Source: Lama glama | Taxonomy: Eukaryota | NCBI GenBank assembly: GCA_028534125.1 | Contig: CM052817.1 | Coordinates: 107,572,001-107,636,000 of the forward strand | DNA: 64,000 nt | Direction: 5' to 3' | In this document: piece by piece, positions 42,501 to 54,821 of the stretch | Position numbering within the stretch: position 1 is the stretch's first letter | How the letters are laid out: each line of letters begins with the position of its first letter | Notes under the pieces: generated by a model | The model's database searches: none | Told to the model about the DNA's origin: nothing | Seen by the model: the letters and a program-made list of their open reading frames with translations, nothing else | Position numbers and translations under genes: made by a program

Positions 42501-42880
42501 AGATAAATATCGTGTGGTTTCACTTATATGTGGAATCCAAAAAACGAAACAAAGGAACAAACATAACAAAGAATCTATATATCTATGTATCTCACAGATA
42601 CAGAGAACAAATACGTGGTTACCAGAGGCGAGCAGGGTTGGCGGCTGAGTGAAACAGGTAAGTGGGTTAAGAGGTACAAAATCAGAGAGTCATGGAGATG
42701 AACTATACGGTGTGCGAACTGCAGTGAATTATATTGTAATACCTTTGTGTGGTGTCAGATAGTAACTAAACATGTTGTGGTGATCATTCTGTAATGTACA
42801 GAAATACTAAATCACTGTGTTGTGCACCAGAAACTAACATAGTGTCGTAGGTCACTTATACTTCAATTGAAAAAAAAACC
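39570..42880 (+). mobile_element. L1 with 5'UTR joined to the RT/3' half of ORF2 and 3'UTR (ORF1 and EN absent)
   Basis: aagatggtggagtaggaagaccctaagctcacc 5'UTR start; decayed ORF2 from about 40245 ([30 protein letters not shown]); 3'UTR ending cttcaattgaaaaaaaaa. Confidence 0.88.
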
Positions 42881-43189
42881 ACTCTGGGAGGAAATGTGTC
42901 AAAATACTGAAGACAGCGATCTCTGAAGGGTGAGGAAGGTGATGGTAAATTTTTACTTCATGCTTTTATGTATTTCTAGTAGTCTGCAATGAACAAGTAG
43001 CCCTTGTAAATTGAGAAAGAAAACAATAAATGTCATGAAAAATGAAAAACAAAAACCTTAGAATCTCTTAAATCCCTTCAAAATTAAAGCTCTTGGAAAA
43101 CATCTTCAGGACTCCCCGAAAGTACAAGGTCAGCGGTGTGTCTTTCACAATTCTGCTAGCCAGTCAGCAGGACAAAGGAAAGCAGCTGG

Positions 43190-43385
43190 TCAGCTGTCTG
43201 CAGTCTGGTAGCCACTGGCCACATCTGGGTAACGAAATTCTCATTGAAATTAACTAAAGTTTAGTTATCTAACTACATTTCAAGTGCTTGATGGTCACAT
43301 AGAGCCAGCAGCTACCATACTGGACCGTGCAGATTATATACAGATTTCTATCATTAGAGAACGTTCTACTGGACAACGCTGCTAA
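43190..43385. mobile_element. hAT MITE (MER3/MER33-like)
   Basis: ggtagccactggccacat...actacatttcaagtgctt...agaacgttctactggacaacgctgcta. Confidence 0.7.
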
Positions 43386-44879
43386 GTTTATTCAGAAGTT
43401 CCAGTTCCCTACAAAGAAAAGGACCAAAACCCAAACAGCCAAGAACCAGATATTTTTCACAAGATAATTCAGGAAAGGCTTTTTTTGCACATAATCCACC
43501 TTCTTAGATGCACAAAGTACACAGGAAAAAGCAACACCACGAGTCATTTTTATCACAGAAGGTAACCAGAGCCACACCCTGATACCATTCTGAAATCATA
43601 TTTTGCACATTGACCTTTTGGTTCATTCACTTCTTGATATAGGTCCTCTGGAATGGAATTGAAAATAATCGAGTCTTTTTCCCCCCGAACTGAATATGAT
43701 AGTGATAATTTCTTATGGTTAAGTATTGAATAAAGTATATCTGAAATCACTTTTCCTTATTACTTTATCTTACAATGATAAATATTTACTTTAAAGGTGT
43801 TTCATTTTTTTCACATACTGTTCCTTATAGGTTCTTTGCAGAGAACTTTAAATGAGCAACTACCTACGATTTATGGTCTTTGGTATTATTAAAGATGGTT
43901 TAACCAAAACTAGGGGTAACTTCAAAAGTGATCAATAAATTGGAGTAAGAAAGGTATCTGTTTGAAACTTTGTGTGCTTTCTTAAAACAAAACATTTTAA
44001 CCCAAATCAGCTAAGCGAAACAAAACCTTTATAAACACATTGCTAAGAGAACGCCTAGCCCTGAGAATTAGCAATGTTAGTGAAAAGATGGCTTTACTGA
44101 CGAATATTGGCAGCCCTGTATCTCTCATATTTCACTGAAAGAACCATCTGGTGTGTTTATCAGAGATCAAAAGCTGCATTTTGACTGCTGGGAGAAAATT
44201 AACCAGTGTTACTTAAAGTTGTTACTTGCAGGTAAATGAACATTATTGCATGCACCTCTGTTACATTTCAGAAACCATGTGACCTAATATCATCCTGGGT
44301 TGGCAAAGTTTACTACCTTTAAGGAACAGTCTTTTTAAATCAGTGACATTTTTGTGGAAAAGAAAAACAGTATCACGTTAGCACATTGGTCCCAATGCTT
44401 TCTAATGCAAACCTGTCTGGTCAACAAATCTCAAACTACTTCAAAATAACTTTTAAATTAATTTAGTATATTTTAGATTAAATTAGTTTTCTAGTGGCTA
44501 TTTTAAGTATCCACTGATACTTTATTAAACTATAGTTATTTATTTTTGTTCTAGTGCTTTTGTTTCATTGATGAGTATTTTTCCTCTAAACCTCTCCCAA
44601 CAATTTAAAGTTTTCCTCCAAATCTCCCCTAGCAATTTAAACTTCTCTGCAGACCTTTGTTGTTAGTATTTGGTGTGTTCTGATCAATATTGCTTGTTCC
44701 ACTTCGACGAAGATTCCGGTTTTAGTTTCATGTTAATTTCCTCAACTCTCCTGGCAAGCTCCCCTGGTGTCTTGGCTAAAATGAGCAGCGCTTGATTTTA
44801 CTTACTCTGAGCCTTGATTTTTACTTTATCTTATTTCATTTTCTAAATCACGAGCATGCTTTGCAAAATCATCCGAAGC

Positions 44880-45270
44880 TCCCAGCAAAGCTGCTGGCTT
44901 TCCCGGAGCCGCTGTACTCACTGCGCTGCCGGGGCTCAAACCCGCTCCTGCTCGGCGCCCGCCGCCTCCCCCGCGCCGGCGCCGAGCCTGCACCCGCCCC
45001 ACTCCCTCTGCGTTCAGCCCGGCCCGCCTGGACTTCTCGCGGGACAATTACCTGTGCTCGGGCAGGACTCTGGCACCCAGGACCCGGAGGCCTCGTTCCC
45101 ACGGCTCCCCGGGTGGCCCGGGCAACCGTGGCCTCCCGCGGAGACGACCACCTGCACGCCTGGGGGAGGGGAGGGCTGAGCCGGGGCGCAGGTTGGAAAC
45201 CACCCTCCTGGCAGCTGGGCAGCCGCACCGTCACGTGACTTGTGTGAGGTCATCGGGCCGCTGTCAATCA
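44880..45270 (-). promoter_or_regulatory. CpG island; probable TMEM144 promoter and non-coding first exon(s)
   Basis: Very GC/CpG-rich, about 6 kb 5' of the ATG exon; GC box (cccgcccc near 44993); candidate minus-strand donors cag|gtaatt (45050-45051) and gca|gtgagt (44920-44921). The exact TSS and UTR exons cannot be resolved from sequence. Confidence 0.8.
45230..45239. promoter_or_regulatory. CLEAR element / palindromic E-box GTCACGTGAC
   Basis: Exact 10-bp palindrome at the upstream edge of the CpG island. Confidence 0.7.
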
Positions 45271-45889
45271 ACCAGCAAACCAGAAAGGCTTTTGTGTGTT
45301 TTAGGAGGTGACTGTTGAGGGCGCTCTGAGCCTGTCTCCCTCTCCACATGCCCCAGAGCTTGGTATGATGCGCACTGTTGACGGATAAAACAAAAGGCCA
45401 AAGAATTCACACAATTGTTAAAGACTAGCTAAAGCTGGTTTTTTTTTTTTGCCGAATATCAAGAAAGTCATCTCAACCGCAGATGTTTACTAGCATCTCT
45501 TGTGACATCACAAGATTTCAGCTGTGATCACGAATCCTTTATAAACGCCCTCAGACCGTTTGTCTGTATATTTATCTGTATGTACTGAGAGCCACCTGAG
45601 AACAGATCTAGGCTCTCAAGACTGCCCGGGGGAGGGTCTCCGTTCTGTTTCATTTTACAAATTCTAATACCTGGACCCAGACCCATGGAAGTAGACTCTC
45701 CGGGGGGGTGGCTGGACTTGATTTCTTCTAAAACCTCCTCCAGGGGATTCTACTGTGAAGCCAGGATGGAAAATCACATTCTAGACCGAGTTGTCACATT
45801 TTATTGCTGGGAAGAATTCCCTGGAGGGTGGGTCAAGAAGCAGATATCTGACGTTTTGATTCAGATTTTGAGAAACATTGCTCTAACCC

Positions 45890-46040
45890 TCCACTGTCGG
45901 AAGTGTAGCCACCAGCTGCCTACAGCTATTTGCATTTAAATTAGGAAAAAAAATTCAGTAGTTCACTCATACTGGACGCGTGTGTGGATTACAGAACCAT
46001 TTCTATCATCACAGAAAGTTCTACGGACAGCGCGTGACCT
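45890..46040. mobile_element. hAT MITE (MER33-like remnant)
   Basis: atttctatcatcacagaaagttctacggacagcgc terminus. Confidence 0.6.
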
Positions 46041-47020
46041 AGACTGTCAGCCCTGGGAGTGCGGCAGTGACCGATGCAGACTCAACCTGCGGGTAGATTC
46101 CAGAGTAGCCAGGGACAGAGACATGGACAGAGAGGCTCAGAAAGAGGAAGTGCTGGGTTCTGTTCTCGTCTAAGAGTTCAAGGAAGGCCTCTCTGAGGAA
46201 GTAACGTTTAATTGAGACATTTCAGAGGCTGGTAATAGTGGTGCAGTTCCAAGAAGGAAGAAACATCCAAGGACTGTTCGCAGACAGGGGTGGCCCTGGA
46301 AGAAGTCCTGCTTTAACTACAGTCACATGCATGAACTACGATGTAACGTAAGCGGGTGGGAGGGTAAAGTAGCATGTCACTCAAAGAAGTTAAGAAGACA
46401 AGGCTTTTCACTTAGAGGAAAGGATTAACTTAGCAGTTCAGAAAAAGTTTAAAGAATCAAGTTCCACTTTCCACCTATACATAGTCACAGATAACGCACA
46501 TACACGAACTATCTGTCTTAAAAATATAGAGAGCCTAAAACAACCTAAAGTTGCTTCATTTTGTGATCACAAGGGATCTCAAGGAGTGATCATCTGGGTA
46601 GTTCTTGCTCCATGTTCACATTAAGAAATTGACATTCCCTTTGTGAATTTCCTAACGTCTAAGTGCGGACTGGAAGCTGAGTCGGGTGGGAGCACATTTC
46701 TTACGGAACATCCCAGTGCGATGCTTTTCACATCATGCTTCAGAGCCAACTGGAATATGGACAATCCTCTGCAGAAACTGAAACTTCTCTTTCAAGTTGT
46801 TCCCTATGCATTAACACCTTAGCAGAAGGGCTGTGCAAGAGTCCTGGCAGATTCTAGGAGATCTAAGTTAACTTCCCCCATTAGCCCTTTGTCTTTGGGA
46901 AAGTCATTAATCTGTCCTAATCTCAGTTTTCTTGGACATGAAATGTCTAGCTAGGGAGATCTGTGTCCCTCACCCTGTTGTGCGGTCCAAAGCCGTAAGG
47001 GATGTCAAATATCATTCTTA

Positions 47021-50000
47021 GGACTTCTGGTTGCCGCTCTGATGTTTGAAGTTCTTAGAAGTTGTCACTACTGTCATCACAACAGGGAAAAAAGCTGAAC
47101 CATCTGAAAATCAACAGTTCTTCTTACATCTGCCAGAGAAATTGAGGTCACAGGACAGATCACCTCCCTGAAAACTGAAGAAATAAGTAAATACAGACGA
47201 ACACAGCTACTTAGCCGCGGAAGCCGCTGGAGCCAGTGACGGGTGGGGGCCACTCACACAGTCGCTGGCGAGTCACCAGAGATTGAGGGTGGCCAAGCTG
47301 AGAGGTGCAAACTTGGGGGAGCAGGGCCCGATCCTGGGGCACCCACACTTTAATGATATATACTGGATATAATCTGAACCCTGTTAAACTTTCTCTGAAC
47401 TTAGCCGCACTGTTTATGAAAATACCAGAACAAGTTGATGTTTGTGGTTTGGGGGAAAACTTATCTGTGTTGGGGGATTGTTGTGTGGGCGGGGGGGAAT
47501 AGAGTTGGGGGTTATGTTCCAATTTTTTCGTACATTTGAAACAGTCACAATAAATGAGTCCCCTTTATACTGTCTTTTCTCCATGAAAACAAAAACAAAA
47601 ACAAACAAACAAACAGAAAACCCACTTTAATGAGCTTTATCTGCAGAAGCCCCACCAAGTTCTTCCCACGTGAAGATCAGAGGAAACTCCCCTCTCCCAG
47701 CCGGCACGTGGAGGGAGGAATCACTCCTTCCGAAACACACCCAGAACTTTCTGTTCCGGAGACAAAGGCGGGCCCTCAGGAGGAACTTCTGTATCAGCGC
47801 GCTGTCTGACCTGGAGGGCGAGCAGCTACGCAGCCTGGACCTCTTCTAGCCTGCATCGCAGGAGGGGAGAAAGGACTTCTGCTTCCTGCTCTGACATTTG
47901 AAGATGTCAGAAGTGGTCACTCTTGTCCACTCAATGAGAAGGAAGCTGAAGAGCTATTCTGATGGCCCAGGCTTGCAAAAAATGGACGTTTAATCATGAG
48001 GTTAGGGCATGCCTCTCCCTTCCCAGCACCTTATGGCCATATTAAAAGTGCTCCAGTAAACAGCAGTGGGTTGCAACTAAGAGAATTGCAAGACATGGAC
48101 ACTGTTCAAAAAGAAGTTTCTCAGAAAACCCAAAGACAAAACAAAGGACATCAGGGGACAGTAAAACCTCTGACACAGCAAACATGAAACACAGCCCAAC
48201 TCCTGGCCATATTAACACAAAACCTCACACTACAGACCTGTTCCCCTTAGCTCGTATTGTCGGATACATCATGGCGAGGTAAAGCACAGTCTGAAGAGAT
48301 AAAGCCAGTATCAGAACCAAGACTCCGATACAGTACAGGTTTTGGAATTATCAAACAGGGAATTTAAATTAATATACTGAGAGCTCTATTGGAGAAAGTT
48401 TACAGCATGCAAGAACAGATGGGTAATTTAAGCAGAGAGACGAAAATCCTAAGAATCAAAAGGAAATGCTAGAAAACAAAAACACTGCAACAGAAATGAA
48501 GAATGCTTTTCACAGCTGAGAAATAATCGGTGAGCCGGAAGATATATTGATAGAAACATCCTACGTTTAAATGTAAAGAGAAAACAGAATTTTTTAAAAA
48601 CAGAACAATATTCAAAACCTCTGAAAAAATTGCAAAAAAATAGTAAAATATAAGGAATGAGAATCCCAGAAAGAAAAGAGAGAAAGGAGAAGAAATATTT
48701 GAAGTTAATAATGGCTGAGAATTTTCCAGAATGGATGATTGATACCAAACCAGAGACTCAGGAAGCTCAGAAAACACAAACAGGATAAATACAAAAATAT
48801 CTACATGTAGGTGTATCATATTCAAACTGCAGAAAATCAGACAAAGGAAAAATGTTGAAAAAAGCTGGAGGAAAAAATGTACCTTACCCAGTGGAACAAG
48901 AATAAGATTACATCAGACTTTGCTTCAGAAACCATGCAAGGAAGAATGGAATGAAATATTTAGAGTGTTGAAAGGAAAGTCCACCAGCGCAGAATTGTGG
49001 ATCCAGTGTAAGTATCCTTTGAAGGTGAAGAGGAAATAGACTTTCTCAGGCAACAAAAGCCGAGGGAAGTTTTCACCAATAGACCTGCCTTGGAAGAAAT
49101 GTGAAAAGAAGTTCTTTATAGAGAAGAAAAATGATATAGTCAGACATTTGGATCTATGTGAAGAAAGGAAGAACATGAGAAAAGGTATAAATGAAAGTAA
49201 AAATAAGAGCTTTTATTTTTATTCCTAATTGATCTAATAGAGAACTTCAGAATAATAATACTGATAACATATTGGGAGATGATAGTTTATGGGTGAGCGA
49301 AATGAGTGACAGCCATGCCGTAAGGGGTGGGAGGGAGGAATTGGGAACAGTTCATTATAAGGAGCCTGCCTGACCCGTGAAGAGATGTAGTGTTATTTGA
49401 AAGTGGGTTTAGATGAACTGTAAATGTGTCCTGCAAATTCTAGGGTGACTCTTAGAACATTTTTTTAAAAGTATAATTAACCTAGTAAGAGAGGAGAGAA
49501 AACGAAATCTCATAAATGCTCAGTTAAAACCAGAGAAAGCAGAAAAAGGAAGACAAAAAAGAAAACACAGAAGAAGGGCAACAAATAGGAGAAAAGTATA
49601 TGGTAGATATTAACCCACCTCTGTCAATAATCTCTTTAATGCAGATTGTCTAAATACACCAATTAAAAGAGAAAGACTGACAGAGTGAATAAAATATAAG
49701 ACCCGATTACATGCTGTTCATAAGAAACCCACTTTAATTATAAAGACACGGATTAAAAGGATTGGAGAAAGTTGTACTGTGCTAACGCTGACCAGAAGAA
49801 AGCCAGGATAGCCATTTTCATTTCAGACAAAGCGGACTTCAGAACGAGGAAATTAATGTTCAGGGATCTGTAATGATAAAGGGGCCAACTCACCAGGAAG
49901 ACATGGTAACCCTGTGTGTGCACCTCACAGCAGAGTGGCTAAGTGCACGGGGAAGAGCCAAGTAACCCTGTAAGGAGAAAGAGATACATATGCACTTTTA

Positions 50001-50790
50001 TAGCCGGAGTCGTCAGCACCCCCTCAGTTTGTAATTGGCAGATCCAGCGGGTGTAAACTCAGTGAGGATATAGTCGAACTGATCAGCGTCATCATCATCT
50101 GGATCTAACTGACAGCTGTGTATTTCATCCAACCACAGGGGACGACATACAGAGCACTGCGTCACATCGCAGCTCTCCAAGATCACGTAGACCATTAACC
50201 AGGAGAGGCTATGTTCTAGGCTGTGCAAAGCATCTTCACACATTTCAGAGAATAGATATCATACAAAGCATGCTCGCAGACCACTAGAAATTAAACTAGA
50301 AATCAATAACAGAAAGATAGCTGGAAAAAAAAAATCCCCAAATACTGGAAATTGCACAGCACACCTCTAAATAACTCATGAATCAAAGAAAGATGCTCAA
50401 AATGAGATTTATGTCAAGCTAAATGAAAATCAAAATACTGCTTATCAAACATATGGGATGCAGCAAAAGCAGTGCATGGAGGGAAATATATAGCATATAA
50501 TAAATTTATTAGAAAAGGTATCTGAAATCAATAATCTAAGTGTCCATATTAGAACACTGGAAACCGAAGAGCACATTAAATCCACAGTAAGCAGAAGGAA
50601 AAAAAGGTTAAAGTAGAAATCAATGAAATTGAAAACAGGAATGTAATAGAGAAAGTAAAGGAAACAGCTGTTTATTTGAAAAGATCAATATTCACAAAGT
50701 AAGTTTCTAAGGTTTTTATTAGGATTGCACTCAAACTACAGATGAAGTTCAGGAGAAGTGACATTAGAACAATGTTTTCTTCTGTCCATG
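47021..50790 (+). mobile_element. Old L1M-type element: 5'UTR, ORF1 and ORF2 endonuclease region, with a short inverted ORF2 piece at about 50700-50790
   Basis: ORF1-like A-rich sequence (cagagactcaggaagctcagaaaacac; acatcagactttgcttcagaaaccatgcaag) and EN-like sequence (ctaaatacaccaattaaaaga; atttcagacaaagcggacttcag; gaaattaaactagaaatcaataacagaaag), heavily degenerate. Confidence 0.8.
47357..47622 (+). pseudogene. Probable 5'-truncated processed pseudogene (mRNA 3'UTR retrocopy), parent gene unknown
   Basis: TSD cactttaatga (47346-47356, 47623-47633); AATAAA at 47549-47554; degenerate A tail from 47586; body does not resemble L1 or SINE. Confidence 0.7.
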
Positions 50791-52099
50791 TGTTCTACTC
50801 CCAACTTTGAGGATTCCATGTATCATGAGAAATTATGAACTGTGTGCAGGCAAGAAAAAACCCCTATTGTTCATTAGCTAGTGTCATCATTCACTGTAGT
50901 GTTTAGAACAAAATAAATAAAAATAAGAGACCTCTCCCTGTGTTCTTTGGAAAAGAAGATGTCAACTTAACACAAATACTTTCAAGAAGAGTTTATCATA
51001 TGAAAGCAAACAAATTTTCCAGAATAACCTGACGTTAGAAAAAATATGCTGTGACACTGACAAATGATAGAACAGAATGTTAAAAATAAATGTGCCTGTC
51101 CTGATCCAAAGCTAGTTTTTCATGTGACATATTTCACAATGAAGTTTCCCTCAGTGAATAATAAAACTATTACCTTATGTTGACTTTTTAGAATAGGGTT
51201 TATGAGAAATTAAATCTTTCTTCCTAAGAAATTTGCAAGTCTCTGATACACTGAACCAATGATCGTTTTAAGCACCCATTCTGAGTTTAGGAAAACACTA
51301 ACCCTATTCACTTCTTTCTTTTTATTTATTTATGTTAAGTTCCTGAAGTCTTTAAGGCAGTGTAGAATGAGAACACAGTGAAATAATGGGAATAAAGGAT
51401 AAAAAATAGAGAACTTATAAAGAAGAGAGAAAAATCAAGATGAAACAAAGCAAAGATGCGGATTCTAAGGACACGTATAGTCACTGTACGTACCAGCAGT
51501 CAATTTCAGAGACAGCGTTATAAAGCAGGTGCAGGTCCCAAAGGCCTACGTTTGAGGCATCTTCAAAGGTACTATGAGTTGGGTATCCTTGCATCCTTGA
51601 CAGTCATGCATTCATCTGACAATAAACTGGACAGCGTTCTAGACGTTGGGGACAGTCAGCCATCCCTGCACCGACTCACCTCTCAACTGCCAAGGGCAGA
51701 GACCACGCATAATATAATGGTATAGTAAACAGCACTGTCATTAAGGAAGAAAAGTAAGGAAGGAACATGGGGAACAGGTGTGTGTGTGGTGGTGGGGGAG
51801 CCGGCTGTTTGGAAGGGTCATCAGGGAAGGCTTCCTGGAGAGGGAGACATGGAGAGAAGGCCTGAAAGCTGGGGGGAGGGGTGAGCATGGTGAGGACAGA
51901 GGCCCTGAGGCTCATCCTCAGGAAGGCAGGGAGGCCTTTGTGGGCGGAACGGGGCTCTGAGAAGGGGAAAGACAGAAGATGAAGTCAGAGAGAAGGTAGG
52001 GAGTGGACAGAGTGGGAGAGGATTTAGGAGGCCTCCAGGGGGCTCTGGCTTTTCCTTGGAGGAAAGTGGGGAGCAGCAGAAGTCCTGTGATCACAGAAT

Positions 52100-52600
52100 A
52101 TGTACCACTAATCTATGGCTGTGTAACAAATGATCCCCAGTTACAGTGGCATAGGGAACACTAGACACTCATTCTCTCAGTTTCTGTGGGCTGAGAATTC
52201 CGAAGCATCTAGGGTGGGGCTCTACCTTAGAGTCTCTCCCAAAGCTGCAGCAAGACACTGGCTGTGGTTCCAGGCATCTGAAGGTGTGCAAGGGCCTAGG
52301 GGCTTACTCACAGGAAGAGCACCTTGGCCCCGGCTGCTGGCGGGAGACTTGAGTTTCTCTTCATGGGCCCCATCCTAGGACTGCGTGGGTGTTCTCATGA
52401 CACCGTGTGACTTCCCCAGAGTGAGAAACCCAAGAAGGTGGAGGCTCCATTGTCTTTTATGACCTGGCCTCTGAAGTCACACACCACGGCTTCTGCAGAA
52501 TTCTCTTGGTTGCCCAGTTCCAGAAGGGACCATGTCACAGCATGGATACTAGGCGCTGAGGATCACTGGGGGCTGCCTTGGAGGCGGACTGCCAGGGACA
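52100..52600. mobile_element. MaLR (MLT1-like) LTR
   Basis: ctatggctgtgtaacaaat..cccag ttacagtggc...ctcagtttctgtggg...ccttggaggcggactgcca resembles MLT1. Confidence 0.7.
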
Positions 52601-52820
52601 AGAAAGGAGAGAATTCCTAGGAGAGTGTCCTTGCATGAGCCAAGCAGGTGCAAAGCAGAAGAGGTGGCCTTGTTGGCTGCACAGAGAAGTCAGAGGACAG
52701 TGCATGCAGGTGCAGCTGCAGGGGGATGGGAGATAGGGTGCTGTGCATGTTCCCTTCTGATTTTCTCTTGCTTCTCCATGAGATAGAAAACCAGGTCACA
52801 GATGAAGAAGGAGGGCTGGG

Positions 52821-53126
52821 TTCCACATGTAAGTGATATCACACGGCATTTGTCTTTCTCTTTCTGGCTTACTTCACTTAGAGTGATGATCTCCAGGTCC
52901 ATCCATGGGTGAAGGGGCTGGGAAGGGCTACATTGGGAGTTCAAGACTAGCAGATAAACAACAAGTTTCTTCTGTACAGCACAGGGAACCATGTTCAATA
53001 TCTTGTAGTAACCTAGAACCAAAAAGAGTATGAAAATATATGTATGTATATGAATGACTGAAACATTATGCTGTACGCCAGAAACTGACACATTGTAAAC
53101 TGACTATACTTCAAAAAAAAAAAAAA
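52821..53126 (+). mobile_element. L1 3' end with 5' inversion
   Basis: Inverted piece 52821-52906, then plus-strand 3'UTR and poly(A); degenerate TSD gaagaaggagggctggg (52804-52820) / gaagaatgagaactggg (53127-53143). Confidence 0.85.
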
Positions 53127-53577
53127 GAAGAATGAGAACTGGGGAGGAGGTTTTGGAAACTGATCAGTATTCCAAACTTTTCAGGATCTCTCAAGCAATA
53201 CAGCAGTCGCTGCCACAAAGCCTTGCTGGGTCGTATTACTAAGGAGAAACCATCCCTTTTTGATCACTGTTGTATTATAAGAGGCACAGGCTGGGTTTTG
53301 GTAAAGTGGGAGAACACCAATTTTTTTCTTTTTGATTTTATTTTAAAGACAGTGATTTTCTTCCTCTTTGGTTAAGAAATTTCTACGTTTATATAATGGA
53401 AATTTTCAAGCTATAAATGTCCTTGGGTTTGCAGTTAGGTTACTTTGTTACTTTTCCTTATGGAATGAGATAAAATACAGACAGTTAAGTATGCTTAAAG
53501 GAGACATTTAAGATACAAGACACGGTCTTTTCCTAGTCTAGCCAGCCTAGACCACCAGCTACTAACCGTATAGCAGC

Positions 53578-54046
53578 TGCTGCCGAGTCCAAACTCGTTC
53601 TGCTCACCGCATGACAGGCCAATAAATTGGGAGACCAGGTGTTGGGGCAAGGAATGGTGACTTTATTCGGAGAGCCGGCAGACCGAGAGGATAGGGGACT
53701 AATGTCCTAGAGAACCATCTTCCTCAAGTCAGAATTCAGGCTCCTTTTATACTAAAAGGGGAGGGGTGAAGTCTTGGTTCTGGCCAGACTCTCGAGGGGA
53801 GGTGCTAACTTCTTCCTTCCTGCAGCCATTCCCAGGTGAGCCTGGTCAGGATGGTTCCTGTGAGCTCAACAAAGGTATTTTAGCTAAACGCTCTTATCTG
53901 GGAGGCAGGGTTCCCAGAGATGGGCCATTATGTGTAATTTAACTTATAGGTGACATCATTTTTAGTGACTAACAAGCGATAGAGTACAAAGGTTAACATA
54001 ACAGGAACAGATCCAGCGTGGGGTCAGATTCGTCCTTCCTGTTACA
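53578..54046 (-). mobile_element. ERV1-like solo LTR, 469 bp, 4-bp TSD
   Basis: TG...CA termini; TSD cagc at 53574-53577 and 54047-54050; minus-strand TATAAAA (53745-53751) and AATAAA (53662-53667). Confidence 0.88.
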
Positions 54047-54821
54047 CAGCCGAGGCGGGCTTGCCGACTCACTGCCACGTCGGGGGCCGCGCATCAAAGG
54101 ACTGTGGGGAGTTTCGCCAAAGAAAGGGAAAGAGAGTGATTTGGGGATTTTTGCAAGAGTAGAGTTCAGGTGTGTTTGGCTGGGCTCCAAGACAAGTAGG
54201 GTGGTGTGTGAAGGGGTCACCATCAGTGCTGGTCTGTGATGTGAACACACGGTTCTGTTTTCTTGGAAGCAAAGTTAAGACAGATGCCACAGTACGTGTC
54301 CAGGACCCGCTCCCTGGAGCTCTGCGTGTGGATGTACGGCAGGGTTGCTTCGCTGTGCCAGTGACTAAACTCCTCCAGACCAGGCCTGGGGATTTTGTTC
54401 TTCTGAAATAGTTTCAGACAGAGGTGCTTCTGAGAGTCCGTGATTTCAGACAATAAGATTTCTCAGTAGGAAATCAGTGGTCACTCCAAGAATTGGGCTG
54501 TTACGACATTTTATGGCAGCACTGCTATCTACTGTTTTCTGATAAATTTTCTGATACATTCACACCTGGATTTCCTGGCAGCTGTGATTCGGGATTGATG
54601 AACGGCGAGGCAGGCAGTTACTTTCTCAGTCAAGCCAATTTTTACGTTTTCATTCTATATCATTATAACCTACTACAGCTCAAAAAATGGATGCATAAGT
54701 CCCTGTCCCTTCCTGGCTAATCTTGGTCCAGACACTGAAAGAGTTTGTACCCCATGTTTTTAATTTGCAATATAAGGAGGCTGAAAAATCCTCACCAGTC
54801 TGTGCATATTAAGTTAGACCT

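Noticed and set aside
44792..45349. ORFs of 107-148 aa
   Set aside because: They lie in the CpG island and have low-complexity Arg/Gly/Pro composition typical of non-coding GC-rich DNA.
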